Source of the DNA: Candidatus Bathyarchaeota archaeon
Lineage (GTDB): Archaea > Thermoproteota > Bathyarchaeia > Bathyarchaeales > Bathycorpusculaceae
DNA length: 64,000 nt
NCBI GenBank assembly: GCA_963775895.1
Contig: CAVZKL010000013.1
Coordinates: 34,636 to 98,635, forward strand
Direction of reading: 5' to 3'
The notes under the pieces are model-generated. The model worked only from the letters and a program-made list of their open reading frames with translations. It made no database searches and was not told the DNA's origin. Positions within the stretch are counted from its first letter, which is position 1. Each line of letters starts with the position of its first letter. This document shows positions 51,703 through 61,965 of this stretch, one piece after another. The translations under genes and the position numbers were made by a program.

Positions 51703-52014
51703 TTGATGAGCAAAATCGATGTCGAATATGGGCTCGAAGATACGTTGAAGTCCAAAGACAAAGCCATAGTCCTTTTCTACGCCTCCTGGTGCCCTTTTTC
51801 TCAAAGGTTCCTGCCCGTATTCGAGAAGTTCAGCCAAGACAAAACACGGGCATGTCTACGCGTCGTAACCGATGATAAGGCGAGCCTGTGCGAGAAGTAT
51901 TCCGTGGAAGTCGTACCTACGGTGCTCGTCTTTGAAAAAGGGAAAGTTGTCAAGCGGTTAGATGGAACGCCGGGAGTAGGGCTAAAGGAAAAACAACTCG
52001 CAGATCTGAAATAG
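51703..52014 (+). CDS. Thioredoxin-family protein with CxxS motif
   Basis: FYASWCPFS and cis-Pro VVPT. Confidence 0.8.
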   Translation: MMSKIDVEYGLEDTLKSKDKAIVLFYASWCPFSQRFLPVFEKFSQDKTRACLRVVTDDKASLCEKYSVEVVPTVLVFEKGKVVKRLDGTPGVGLKEKQLADLK

Positions 52015-52044
52015 CGCCTTGCACGCGCACGTGGACAGGTTCTG

Positions 52045-52623
52045 ATGAGCCAGGAAAAGCCAAAATCAGCTGCCTCAAAACGGCTTGAAGTAACAACTCT
52101 TGGTGGAGGTTGCTTCTGGTGCACTGAAGCCGTCTTCAGCCAGCTAAGAGGAGTGGAAGAAATCGAACCCGGCTACTCTGGCGGCAATCTGGAGAATCCA
52201 ACATATGAACAGGTCTCCACTGGGACTACAGGTCACGCCGAAGTAGCACAAATCACCTTCGATCCCGACGTGATCTCCTTCAAAGAAATCCTGCAAATCT
52301 TCTTCTCAACGCACGATCCAACAACCCTGAACCGACAGGGGTCTGACGTTGGCACTCAATACCGTTCCGTGATATTCTATCATGACAACCAGCAGAAGGC
52401 AGTTGCCGAACAGGTCATCAAAGAACTCACTGAGGAAGAAGTTTTTGACCAGCCTATAGTGACCCAGGTGGAACCGTTCAAAGCGTTCTACAAGGCCGAA
52501 GACTACCACAAGGACTACTTTAAACGTCACCCAGAACAGCCTTACTGCCAGGTGATTATCGCGCCGAAACTCGCCAAGCTTCGAAAACTCTACATGACCA
52601 AACTGAAACTGCAAATACCTTGA
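52045..52623 (+). CDS. msrA: Peptide methionine sulfoxide reductase A
   Basis: [25 protein letters not shown] and AEDYH. Confidence 0.95.
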   Translation: MSQEKPKSAASKRLEVTTLGGGCFWCTEAVFSQLRGVEEIEPGYSGGNLENPTYEQVSTGTTGHAEVAQITFDPDVISFKEILQIFFSTHDPTTLNRQGSDVGTQYRSVIFYHDNQQKAVAEQVIKELTEEEVFDQPIVTQVEPFKAFYKAEDYHKDYFKRHPEQPYCQVIIAPKLAKLRKLYMTKLKLQIP

Positions 52624-52810
52624 GCGCACGTTCACTTTGACAAAACGATTCTTTACGATTGAGCCGCGCGTTTTAGGTTTTCAAACATGAGTTTGTCAAG
52701 AACCAATTATAAAAGGGGAATAAAAAGAGAACTCTTCAATTCTGAAGAGTCATAAGCGAAAAGGGAATTCCCGATGGTCTCTTGTGCCTTTTGTGTTTTT
52801 TGGTTCTAGG

Positions 52811-52975
52811 CTAGTTCCAGTTTTTCTGTTGCCAATCAGCTATGCATGACTGCGAATCAGAATTGAACCGAATGTTTGGAAGCGGGGAAGGAAATGGGCG
52901 GAGCGGTCTAGGTTGTGGAAGCGGTGATGGTTCGCCTTCGATGTCGAATCTCTCCTGAAGAAGCTCACTCATCAT
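52811..52975 (-). CDS. Possible small Pro-rich peptide (54 aa)
   Basis: ATG overlaps the protease 3' end with GGTGA upstream; EPSPLPQPRPLRPFPSPLP. Confidence 0.35.
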   Translation of the reverse strand: MMSELLQERFDIEGEPSPLPQPRPLRPFPSPLPNIRFNSDSQSCIADWQQKNWN

Positions 52976-53894
52976 CTTCACCTTCAGCGAGACTTGGTAT
53001 GACGGTGAGTTCAATCAGCTTTTCTCCGCGCAGAATGGACAGCTTCATTTTCCTCCCCACTACGTCTTCGGTGAGAAGCCTCGGAAGGTCATAGAAACTT
53101 GCCACTTGATTTTCGTTGAATTTCACTATCACATCTCCCATAGCCAGACCAGCTTTCTTTGCGGCAGAGCCAGGTTCGACGGAAAAGACCATGATTCCAG
53201 TGTCCTGTCCGATGTGTGTTTGTTGCACTGTATCCTCTGGGATAGAAATAGTGTTTGATACTATGCCAAGGTACGCCCGTTTGATTTTTCCTCCACTCAA
53301 CAGCCTGTCAGCGACACTCTTCACTCTGTTGATCGGAATGGCGATGCCGCGAGACCACACGTAGGCGGTGTTCATGCCAATCATTTTTCCAGAAGCATCC
53401 ACCAGTGGTCCGCCTGAGAAACCTGGGTTCAGTTTTGCATCGGTTGCAATCACGTTTTCCATGGCTGTCCCTCTCCATCCTCTGAGCGTGGCGCCCACGT
53501 TTGTGATGATGCCGGTTGTTACGCTTGGTTGTCTGTTGAATGGATTGGCCAAGGCTAGAACGAACTGTCCTGCACTGAGCTCGTCCGAGTTCCCTATTTC
53601 TATCGGCTTCAAGTTTTCATGTTCGGTCTTCAGAAGTGCTATGTCAGAATAGGGATCAACACCAATAGTTTTGGCCTCAAAAGTCTTTTCCGCTGACCCG
53701 ATTCTGACAGAACCACTTCTTCCAAGAACGTGGTTGCACGTAAGCACGTAGCCATCCGAGTTCAATACGACACCCGTGCCCCTCGTCATGGTCGAGTTCA
53801 CATTGACTATGGATGGTGCTAGTCTTCGAACGAGTTCTGCGGTAGCGTCGGAAAGTGACTTCAATATCTGCAGAGAATTGATTGACTGACCCAT
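52965..53894 (-). CDS. HtrA/DegP-like trypsin serine protease with PDZ domain, no signal peptide
   Basis: GTGVV...LTCNHV, DIALL, NPGFSGGPL and PDZ AYLGI...GL..GDVI. Confidence 0.9.
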   Translation of the reverse strand: MGQSINSLQILKSLSDATAELVRRLAPSIVNVNSTMTRGTGVVLNSDGYVLTCNHVLGRSGSVRIGSAEKTFEAKTIGVDPYSDIALLKTEHENLKPIEIGNSDELSAGQFVLALANPFNRQPSVTTGIITNVGATLRGWRGTAMENVIATDAKLNPGFSGGPLVDASGKMIGMNTAYVWSRGIAIPINRVKSVADRLLSGGKIKRAYLGIVSNTISIPEDTVQQTHIGQDTGIMVFSVEPGSAAKKAGLAMGDVIVKFNENQVASFYDLPRLLTEDVVGRKMKLSILRGEKLIELTVIPSLAEGEDDE

Positions 53895-53966
53895 ATTTTT
53901 TCACCTCAAAACAGAATATGGCAACGCGGTATTTGTTGACTGACAAATGCAGAAATCTGATCACGG

Positions 53967-54605
53967 TTACGCTGGCATAAAACCTAGGTCAGAGTCCCCG
54001 GAATATGCTACGTGCCTGGCCCGCCGCGAAGGTGAACAGAGCGTGCTTATGTGCGTCAATAGTTGATAGGAAGCCTTCAAAGCCAAGTTCATATTCTTGT
54101 CTTGTAGGAATTTTGCCTCTATCGTGAGCACGGTTTCGGAAATGTTCGCGTCAACCTGAATGGCGCCGTCCTCAGTGATCCACTTCAGAGTAGCGCTTTC
54201 GCCACTATTCGACAGACCTAGCCAGCGAAGCAAACCAAACCATCTGCCTCTGAGGTCTGAGATCAGCTGGCTGACGGACATGTCGGATGGCAGAAAGGTT
54301 TGAAGCAGAGGCGTGTACGACTCACTGGCAGATGTAGGACGTGGTCGCAGAAATTCATTGATCTTCGACGTGACAGTGTAGCCTCGAGGACCTTTCTTCA
54401 CTATGCCCTCTTCCTCTAGCCTGCCCAATATTCTTGACAGTGTCTCAGGATGCAAGCCCAATCTTCTCTTCAGTCCATCGAAAGAAAAAGTGGCTAAACC
54501 CTCTTCGCTTAACAGAATTAGGACTTCGTTGTCTCGTTCACTCAAGGAAGCATCATAGAGATCGTGCCACTTAGCGTCCAAAGGCGAAACTGCCACCTTC
54601 GACAA
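53967..54605 (-). CDS. Winged-helix domain protein
   Basis: FSFDGLKRRLGLHPETLSRILGRLEEEGIV. Confidence 0.75.
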   Translation of the reverse strand: MSKVAVSPLDAKWHDLYDASLSERDNEVLILLSEEGLATFSFDGLKRRLGLHPETLSRILGRLEEEGIVKKGPRGYTVTSKINEFLRPRPTSASESYTPLLQTFLPSDMSVSQLISDLRGRWFGLLRWLGLSNSGESATLKWITEDGAIQVDANISETVLTIEAKFLQDKNMNLALKASYQLLTHISTLCSPSRRARHVAYSGDSDLGFMPA

Positions 54606-54698
54606 TGTGATTAATCAGTCACTATTAAGCAATACGCAAGCCATTCTCAGAAGATGATGGTCGTTTAGTCGACGAGTTTTGGTTTACAGTTGCAACTG

Positions 54699-55152
54699 TC
54701 ATTCCACTTCTCTAGTCTTGGGGAAAATCGCCTTTATTTTCTTTAAGAACCTGTTTTCGAAGTCAAGAGCTTCCATAGTGTCCGTCACTTCTGCTATGTC
54801 TTCGTCAGAGGCATATTCAAAGGGCTTCCCCGTCACCTCATCGATGGCGAGGCCGCAAGAGTATATCTCAACACCTTCTTCTGATGGCGATATCACCACG
54901 TGCACGCCTGATCGCTGCGCAGCTCTGATGTATTGTTCCAGACTAAAGGGGTATAAGAGGACTCTCAAAGTTAATGGCACTAAAGCGCCTTCTCTCGCCA
55001 TCACCGATATTTTTCCCTCTTCAGTCTTTTCTTCCTCCGGTAATCTTCAAGCCCATTTCTTTGAATATTCTGTGCGCCGCCATGGCTACCTCATCAAGCT
55101 TGGCGTCTGGAACCAGAAGTTTTCTCTCTAAACACACGCCTTCATGAGCCAT
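54699..55152 (-). CDS. Hypothetical protein (frameshift near 55035)
   Basis: Upstream MAHEGVCLERKLLVPD... joins the 54699-55004 ORF after a 1-nt correction. Confidence 0.5.
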
Positions 55153-55283
55153 ACTTCAGAACCCCACGGCCAATGATTTCTCCGCTTCTTATTATGCTTT
55201 CCACGAACATCCGAGCATTAACTACTGAAAGGACCTGCCAACTGTGACAGATTTAAGAGCCCCTGAGCCAGCTAATAGATTTC

Positions 55284-55866
55284 ATGGGTAAGAAACTCGT
55301 TAGATGCTGGAACACCGAGAATCCTCTCTACATCAAGTACCATGACGAAGAATGGGGAACCCCGTTGCATGATAACATTCGGCTGTTTGAGTTTCTCGTG
55401 CTCGACGGCTTCCAAGCGGGATTGACTTGGGAACTCATACTCAAGAGAAGGGAGGCGCTGAGAAAGGCCTTTGATAATTTCGACCCCAACAAGATGGCGC
55501 GGTACACTGATGAAGATGTGCAACGCTTGATGAATAATCCTGAGGTGATCCGAAACAAAGCAAAGATATTGGCAGCCATCAACAACGCTCGTAGATTCAA
55601 GGAAGTTCAGAACGATTTTGGCTCTTTCGACGCCTTCATATGGCAGTTCGTGGGCGGCAAAACAATCGACAATGCTTTGAAAGACTACTCGCATCTTCCG
55701 GCACAGTCTCGAGGAGTCCAAGAGGATGAGCAAGGAACTGAAGAAAAGGGGATTCAAGTTCGTAGGACCCACTATCTGCTATGCCTTCATGCAGGCTGCT
55801 GGTTTGGTGAATGATCATCTGGTAAGATGCTTCCGATATGAGCAGATAAGAAAACTGACTCGCTAG
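55284..55866 (+). CDS. tag: DNA-3-methyladenine glycosylase I (one frameshift)
   Basis: RCW, YHDEEWG, QAGLTW and IRNKAKI; shifted frame gives GFKFVGPTICYAFMQAAGLVNDH. Confidence 0.9.
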
Positions 55867-55991
55867 AACAAAAATCGTCGACGAAATCAAAAAATGCGAT
55901 TGGAGATGCATTCAAAACCCAAGTTTTGACAAAATCTGGAATTGCCTTGTTTCCAAAAAACACTTATTGCTTCTTCAAGTGACTAAGTGCC

Positions 55992-56860
55992 ATGAGAGAC
56001 ATGAAGTCCAAGCTGGACAAGTGTGTTGTCCATTATGAGACGCGTGGACAGGGCAAACCATTTGTCATGCTTCACGGCGCTGGTCCTGACCGTCGCTCAA
56101 TGATTGGTTGTATGGAACCGATATTGAGAAAACGAAAAGATTGGCAACGCATTTACCCAGACTTGCCGGGTATGGGGCGAACTCCCGCTGAAGAATGGAT
56201 AATGAACAGTGATCAGATGCTTGAAGTTGTCATGGACTTCATCAATGCTGTTATTCCTGACCGACACTTTTTGTTGGCTGGCGACTCATACGGAGGCTAT
56301 CTTGCGCGTGGTATAATCTACCGCATGGCCGAGAAGGTTGACGGATTGCTCTTGTTATGTCCAGCGATAATAGCCGATCATGCAAAGAGGACGTTGCCGA
56401 AGCACGTCACGCTCGTGAGGAGCGCTTCTTCGCTTTCAGACCAATACCCTGAAGAGACAAAAATGTTTGAGTCTTTTGCCGTCGTCCAAACTCCCAAAAT
56501 CTTTGAACGAACTCGCAAGGAAATACTGCCAGGACTGAAGATTGCAGACACGAAGTTTCTCGACAGAATTCAATCTCATGGCTACCCTTTCACGTTTGAC
56601 GTTGATGCGCCTCCAGTGAAGTTTGCGAGGCCGACGCTCATTTTGGTTGGACGGCAAGATTCAATGGTTGGCTATCATGATTCATTGAAGATCCTTGGAG
56701 AATTATCCTCGCGCTACGCTGGCGATACTCGACCGGGCAGGGCACAACCTACAGATTGAACAGGAGCGCATCTTCAACAACTTTAGTGAATGAATGGCTC
56801 GACCGCGTCGAGGAATCAAACGCGTGCGCTCATCAAGAATTAGGAGAGCGAAAACCTTGA
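55992..56860 (+). CDS. Alpha/beta hydrolase (3' part frameshifted)
   Basis: LHG, DLPGMG, GDSYGG nucleophile elbow and GRQD; shifted frame gives AGHNLQIEQ; stop overlaps the hydrogenase small-subunit start. Confidence 0.8.
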
Positions 56861-57720
56861 AGGTGAACATAGTTTCTTTGGCTTGTTGTGCTGGATGCGT
56901 CTCTTCTTTTCTAAACTCTGGAGACGCCTTGATCGACGTTCTTTCTGAAGACTTCGAAATTGTCTATTCTCCGACTTTCATCGACCTGAAAGAGATTCCG
57001 AACGTGGATTTGGCCATCGTTGAGGGAGGAGTCAGAACCAAAGAAGATGAACGATTGGTCAGAGAAGTTAGGGCCAAATGCAGAATACTGGTGGCTTTAG
57101 GCCTATGTGCGACACATGGCGGAATAACTAGCCTTGGTAACGTCCTTTCTCTCAAGAGTCTATTAGAGACGGAATACTCTCTCACCGACAAGACCAAGCT
57201 TCCTGAACTGGAGGATTTGATGTATCCGATATGCACCTTCGTTGATGTTGACTATTACATCCCAGGCTGTCCACCCATGCCTCTGCTGATAGTTCACACT
57301 CTCAAGAGCATCGTGAGCGGCAAACAACCGACGCGCTTCCAGAGTGTGGTGTGCACTGAGTGTCACAGGAAGATAATCGCTGCAAAACTTGACCGCTTGT
57401 ACGGTGTATACGAAAAAGAAACAGATCATGAGCTGTGTTTGGTCAGTCAAGGATTCGTATGCCTTGGTTCCCTCACACGCGATGGTTGTGGTGCTCCATG
57501 CCCTCGCGCTGGCTTCACATGCTTTGGATGCAGAGGCCCACCGGACTCGATGATGTACAGATCCAGAGACATGTACGCCTTTCTCGTAAAGGTGATCGCA
57601 AGCAGAACCAGTATCAACGAAGAAACGATCAAGGCAGAACTGTACCGCAACCCGTTTGTGTTCCACACTTTCATCTTTTCAAGTTTTGAGCGGGCCAAAG
57701 CGAGGGAGAAAGTCATTTGA
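56857..57720 (+). CDS. [NiFe] hydrogenase small subunit (MvhG-like, group 3)
   Basis: CCAGC, EGG, GLCATHGG, PGCPP, VCTEC and CLG..TRDGCGAPC...CFGCRGP. Confidence 0.85.
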   Translation: MKVNIVSLACCAGCVSSFLNSGDALIDVLSEDFEIVYSPTFIDLKEIPNVDLAIVEGGVRTKEDERLVREVRAKCRILVALGLCATHGGITSLGNVLSLKSLLETEYSLTDKTKLPELEDLMYPICTFVDVDYYIPGCPPMPLLIVHTLKSIVSGKQPTRFQSVVCTECHRKIIAAKLDRLYGVYEKETDHELCLVSQGFVCLGSLTRDGCGAPCPRAGFTCFGCRGPPDSMMYRSRDMYAFLVKVIASRTSINEETIKAELYRNPFVFHTFIFSSFERAKAREKVI

Positions 57721-59126
57721 GCGGCAAAGAGATAACGATCTCGCCCACGACGAGGATCGAGGGCAACGGCAAGGTAACGATCAGACTCGATGAATCGGGC
57801 AACGTTGCAGACGCGTATTTCTACGCTACAGAAGTCCGTGGTTTCGAATTCTTCATGAGAGGAATGGAAGCGGATAGACTTCCCTTCATAATCTCGAGGA
57901 TATGCGGCGTGTGCTCAACCGCACATATCACCGCATCCGTAGAAGCCATAGAGAGTATTTACCAAACCGAGATAACTGAAACCGCCAAAAGACTCCGTGA
58001 ACTTCTCCTCATGGGTCAGATAATCAACAATCACTCACTGGTCGCGTATTTCCTGACACTGCCAGATTTCTGGTTTCCTCTGGATGAAGACCCGTCAAAG
58101 AGGAACATCTTCCAGATAATGCGGGAAAGGCCGGACATAGGCAAGAAAGCCATAGGTCTCAGAAGATTTGGCGCCAAAATACTCGAAGTAATAGGAAAAC
58201 GCGAAGTGCACGTCCTCTCAGTAATCCCAGGTGGACTAATCAATCCTCTGAAAGAAAGAGAGCGCGTAGTCCTCCTCAAAGAGGCTGAAGACTCGCTTGA
58301 AACCGTAAAAGAAGCTCTCATTATGGGCAAAGAACTTTTTGACAAGAACTGGGCAGATTTCAAGAAAGCGGGAAACTATAGAACCCACTACATGGCACTG
58401 ACCAAGGATAACGCCATAGATTTCTACGGCGGAAAAATCCGCATAATCAACCCTGAAGGAACAACATTGTCAGAATTCACGGCTCAAGATTACATGGAGC
58501 ACGTGGAAGAGAAGATCTCTTCCTGGACTTTTGCGAAGTTCGCCTACCTGAAGACTCTCGGATGGCCTGAAGGAATCGTACAAGTGGGACCAACGGCAAG
58601 GATCAACGTGAACAGCAGAACCACTACCGAACTGGCTGACAAGGAACTGCAAGAGTTTAAGAAAAGATTCGGGAGTCCAGCACATTCCACGATCCTTTTT
58701 GATTACGCGCGCCTCATAGACCTGATTTACGCGGTTGAGAAAACGATAGAGATTCTTGGCAGAGACGATCTGACTCGGACCGACACGAGAGTTAAAGTCA
58801 AAGCAAAAGCTGGAAGAGGAATAGGAGTTGTAGAAGCCCCACGGGGCACGCTGGCACACGAATACGTTCTGAACGATGAGGGACGGTTAGAACAGTTGAA
58901 ACTGATAATACCCACACAGATCAATAATCAAGCCATAAACCTGAACGTGAAAGATGCGGCAACAGAATTCATACACAACGGCGAAATTAAGCCGGGGCTT
59001 TTGAACAGGATCGAGATGGTGATCAGAGCCTACGACCCATGCATAAAATGCGCGACAAGAACGAGCGGCGAGAAACTGAGGGTAGAAATAAGGAATCGCA
59101 GAGACGAATTGCTTACAGTTCTCTGA
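57717..59126 (+). CDS. [NiFe] hydrogenase large subunit (MvhA-like, group 3)
   Basis: TRIEG, RGFE, RICGVC (L1), EAPRG and RAYDPCIKCATR (L2) plus a C-terminal extension. Confidence 0.9.
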   Translation: MSGKEITISPTTRIEGNGKVTIRLDESGNVADAYFYATEVRGFEFFMRGMEADRLPFIISRICGVCSTAHITASVEAIESIYQTEITETAKRLRELLLMGQIINNHSLVAYFLTLPDFWFPLDEDPSKRNIFQIMRERPDIGKKAIGLRRFGAKILEVIGKREVHVLSVIPGGLINPLKERERVVLLKEAEDSLETVKEALIMGKELFDKNWADFKKAGNYRTHYMALTKDNAIDFYGGKIRIINPEGTTLSEFTAQDYMEHVEEKISSWTFAKFAYLKTLGWPEGIVQVGPTARINVNSRTTTELADKELQEFKKRFGSPAHSTILFDYARLIDLIYAVEKTIEILGRDDLTRTDTRVKVKAKAGRGIGVVEAPRGTLAHEYVLNDEGRLEQLKLIIPTQINNQAINLNVKDAATEFIHNGEIKPGLLNRIEMVIRAYDPCIKCATRTSGEKLRVEIRNRRDELLTVL

Positions 59127-59132
59127 GATGGC

Positions 59133-59324
59133 TCAGAACACGATTTCTATAGCTTGAGCTGGACAGTTGAAGAGACAGGTCCGGCACACAATGCAGTTTT
59201 CAACGTTGGCGATTTCTGGCTTTGATTTCTTACCTTCTCGAAAAACCATGGCGGGGCATATTTCTACGCAGATCTTTTCTTTTTCTCGCAAACACTTGGC
59301 GTCGTCAATCACGATCTTGACCAT
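59133..59324 (-). CDS. 4Fe-4S ferredoxin
   Basis: C...ICVEICP and CIVCRTCLFNCP. Confidence 0.85.
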   Translation of the reverse strand: MVKIVIDDAKCLREKEKICVEICPAMVFREGKKSKPEIANVENCIVCRTCLFNCPAQAIEIVF

Positions 59325-59460
59325 GTTTTCGCCTCTGTCCCCGCGCATCAGTATTCAACGCGCTACAAACCGATTTAAATGAATCGCTCCATTGCCTGTC
59401 TTCTGTCATCTTGTTTTCTCTGGTCAAGCGCCAGCCATGTCTCTCAGATTCGAAAGACGG

Positions 59461-60483
59461 TTAGGCGCCCATTGGTTTCCGCGAAACCACACTGAGTTTT
59501 TCGACCTCTTCTCGGCTAGGCGCCAGAATTCTTAGTGATTTGTTGAAATCGTCTTTACCGAATCTCACTGACAATTCTTCCTGCTTCTTGTCCGAGTAGT
59601 AAGCAGTCAAAGCGGCTGCTTTTTCAATGGCTTTCCTGGTCTTGGGTCCCTGAAGCAACGTTATTGGACTTCCTGTGTCTTGAGCTTCAAAACAATAATC
59701 ATTCGGCATCTTCAGCTTGGATAATAGAGTATTCTCGGCTTCGTTTCTGCCGACTATTATTTTGTTCTTTTCAAACCTGAAGTGCCGTCCGATCTTCAGC
59801 AACTGCACGTCTTTCAGAGACACTTTCTTCTTGTGCGCAAACAAGTCTTTGAGTTTGCTGGCGAACTCTCTGTACGTTAACAGGCAGCCCCCACTCGGGC
59901 AAGAATAGTCAGTTACTTTTAGTTCTTGGGCAAGCCTGATCTGCGATTTTCTTGACCTGCCTTCGATATCGAGGAGTGTTTCTCGTTTGACCAATCCTTT
60001 TTTCTCAGCTTCAGTAGGAGGTAACAGTTTTGCAGAGAGAGGCCTTACGATCTTGCCCTTGAGGCCCGCTTCTTTTTCTATGATGCCTAAGGTGTGCCAT
60101 TGCTGGGACATAGGCCTCTGCCCTAAGACTTCGCCGGTGAAAATGAATGATGCACCCGTTTCTTCTGCGTATTTCTTGGCCTTCTTCAACATGAAGATTC
60201 TGCAATCAACGCAAGGATTCATGTTTCTACCATAGCCAAACCGTGGTTTCCTCACCATCTTAAGGTATTCCTCCCCTACGTTGATCGTTTTCAAGGGCAC
60301 TTTCAGGTTCTTCGCCACTTCTACAGCGCCACAACCCCCTTTTCCGCAGAGACAGAAAGGGCTCACAAAATTGACCGCTTCAACATCCAAACCTTGGTCT
60401 AGCATTAGCTTCACGGCCAGCGAGCTGTCTAACCCGCCAGAAAGAAGACCCAGAACCCTCGTTTTCTTGATGTTTGACTTCAT
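59461..60483 (-). CDS. PP-loop tRNA thiolation-like enzyme (ThiI/MnmA-related)
   Basis: SGGLDS, NPCVDCR, TGEVLGQRPMSQ, GGCLLT and GRHFR. Confidence 0.8.
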   Translation of the reverse strand: MKSNIKKTRVLGLLSGGLDSSLAVKLMLDQGLDVEAVNFVSPFCLCGKGGCGAVEVAKNLKVPLKTINVGEEYLKMVRKPRFGYGRNMNPCVDCRIFMLKKAKKYAEETGASFIFTGEVLGQRPMSQQWHTLGIIEKEAGLKGKIVRPLSAKLLPPTEAEKKGLVKRETLLDIEGRSRKSQIRLAQELKVTDYSCPSGGCLLTYREFASKLKDLFAHKKKVSLKDVQLLKIGRHFRFEKNKIIVGRNEAENTLLSKLKMPNDYCFEAQDTGSPITLLQGPKTRKAIEKAAALTAYYSDKKQEELSVRFGKDDFNKSLRILAPSREEVEKLSVVSRKPMGA

Positions 60484-60606
60484 GATTTTCACGTTTGTTG
60501 AACGTATGCATGCTTCAATTTCGCAGTATTAATCAGTTACCTAAGAAAATTCGACCTTAAAAAAGGAAGAGGGATTGCAAAGCGCGTCTTAATGCTGTTT
60601 TGTGAA

Positions 60607-61026
60607 TCAGACTAGGAGAGTTACGTCCGCGTCTGCGGCGACGTTTAGGAATGTTGTGGCGCCAGCCATTTGATCCACTTCTGGAATGAGTTGCTCTCTT
60701 TTGATGCCGAACATTTCCATGCTCGGAGTGCAAGCGTATATCGTGAGAAGACCTGAACTCTTCATTCTCTTCAGCAAGTCATACGGCGTCGGGTACTTCA
60801 TCCTTTTCAGGCTTTCTGCCATGGGCTTTTCCATCTGTTTGTAGTCACTCGGCAAGCCTGCTTTGTCCATGGCTCCTTTGACAAGCGCTTGAAGACCCCA
60901 GAAAGTGAAGTAGAGGTGTGCTTCCCATCCCATAGTTGTCGCGGTCGACCCGAGGATAAACGCACAGTACAGTTTGTCCAGTGTTCCACTGTGAACTATT
61001 AACGCTAGTTTCTTCTTTTCGGGCAT
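60607..61026 (-). CDS. DsrE/DsrF-like (DsrE2) sulfur relay or peroxiredoxin-like protein
   Basis: SGTLDK, YFTFWGL, YACTPSM and GATTFL. Confidence 0.8.
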   Translation of the reverse strand: MPEKKKLALIVHSGTLDKLYCAFILGSTATTMGWEAHLYFTFWGLQALVKGAMDKAGLPSDYKQMEKPMAESLKRMKYPTPYDLLKRMKSSGLLTIYACTPSMEMFGIKREQLIPEVDQMAGATTFLNVAADADVTLLV

Positions 61027-61159
61027 ATGATCACTTTCTCTTTTAGTGTTGCATTGGTGTATGACATATGTAATATTTATGTTTTCCGCAAAAAAAGCCG
61101 AGAACGGTGGAAAGCGCATTGATTAACGGGGGACTGCTCAAAAGGTACGTACTGATAGA

Positions 61160-61215
61160 TTTAGGCTTACCTAAACGTTTATATGAACGTGTGCGGTAAT
61201 TTAGGTATGCCTAAA
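61160..61215. promoter_or_regulatory. Two DtxR/MntR-type operator palindromes flanking a TATA box
   Basis: TTTAGGcttaCCTAAA (61160-61175), TTTATAT (61178-61184) and TTTAGGtatgCCTAAA (61200-61215). Confidence 0.75.
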
Positions 61216-61217
61216 AG

Positions 61218-61959
61218 GTGGTCCTTACGTCGAGCAAGAGTATTGAAGATTATCTGAAGGCGCTTTACATCCTTTCCAGAAACGGCACGTTGATTTCAAC
61301 CACCGAGATTGCTGAATACTTCAAAATAGCTCCCGCAAGTGTGACCGAGATGCTGAAGAAGCTTGCAAGGAAAGGCTACGTGAAGTATTCACCGTACCAC
61401 GGAGCTAGTCTAACTTCAAAGGGTTTCCAAACTGCCGAAAAAATGGCCAGGAAGCACCGTCTGCTCGAAAGATTTCTCCACGATGTCCTGAGAATAAAGA
61501 AGGACAAAGTTCACTTGGAAGCAGATGAAATGGAACACGCTTTGTCCGACGACGCAGAAGAATCGTTGTGCAGGTTTCTGAACCATCCTGACAAGTGCCC
61601 AGATGACGACAAGATCATCCCAGCCTGCAACCTGCCCTTTTCCAGTTGCGAAGAATGCGTTGAGGTTCATCGAAAAGGTCTTGAAGAAGTTGGAAAACGA
61701 GACCAAAACTTGGTTTCAATATGTTCTCTCAAAGAAGGCGATCAAGGCAAAATCTCGTTTCATACGGGGGGAACACAAGGTCCTCCAGAGGCTTCTGGAC
61801 ATGGGCTTGATACCTGGCACCAACGTGAACATCGTAAGAGTCGCGCCGCTCAAGGGTCCGATCGAAGTTGGAGTCAGAGGTTCCAAAGTGGCCCTCGGGC
61901 AGGACATTGCCTCAAACGTCTTCATCGAATGCGTGCAAAAACACAAGTCGCGCCGATGA
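61218..61959 (+). CDS. DtxR/IdeR-family metal-dependent repressor with C-terminal FeoA domain (one frameshift)
   Basis: IEDYLKALY, ASVTEMLKKL, KHRLLERFL and MEH; shifted frame gives RLLDMGLIPG...APLKGP. Confidence 0.88.
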
Positions 61960-61965
61960 CTTCAA

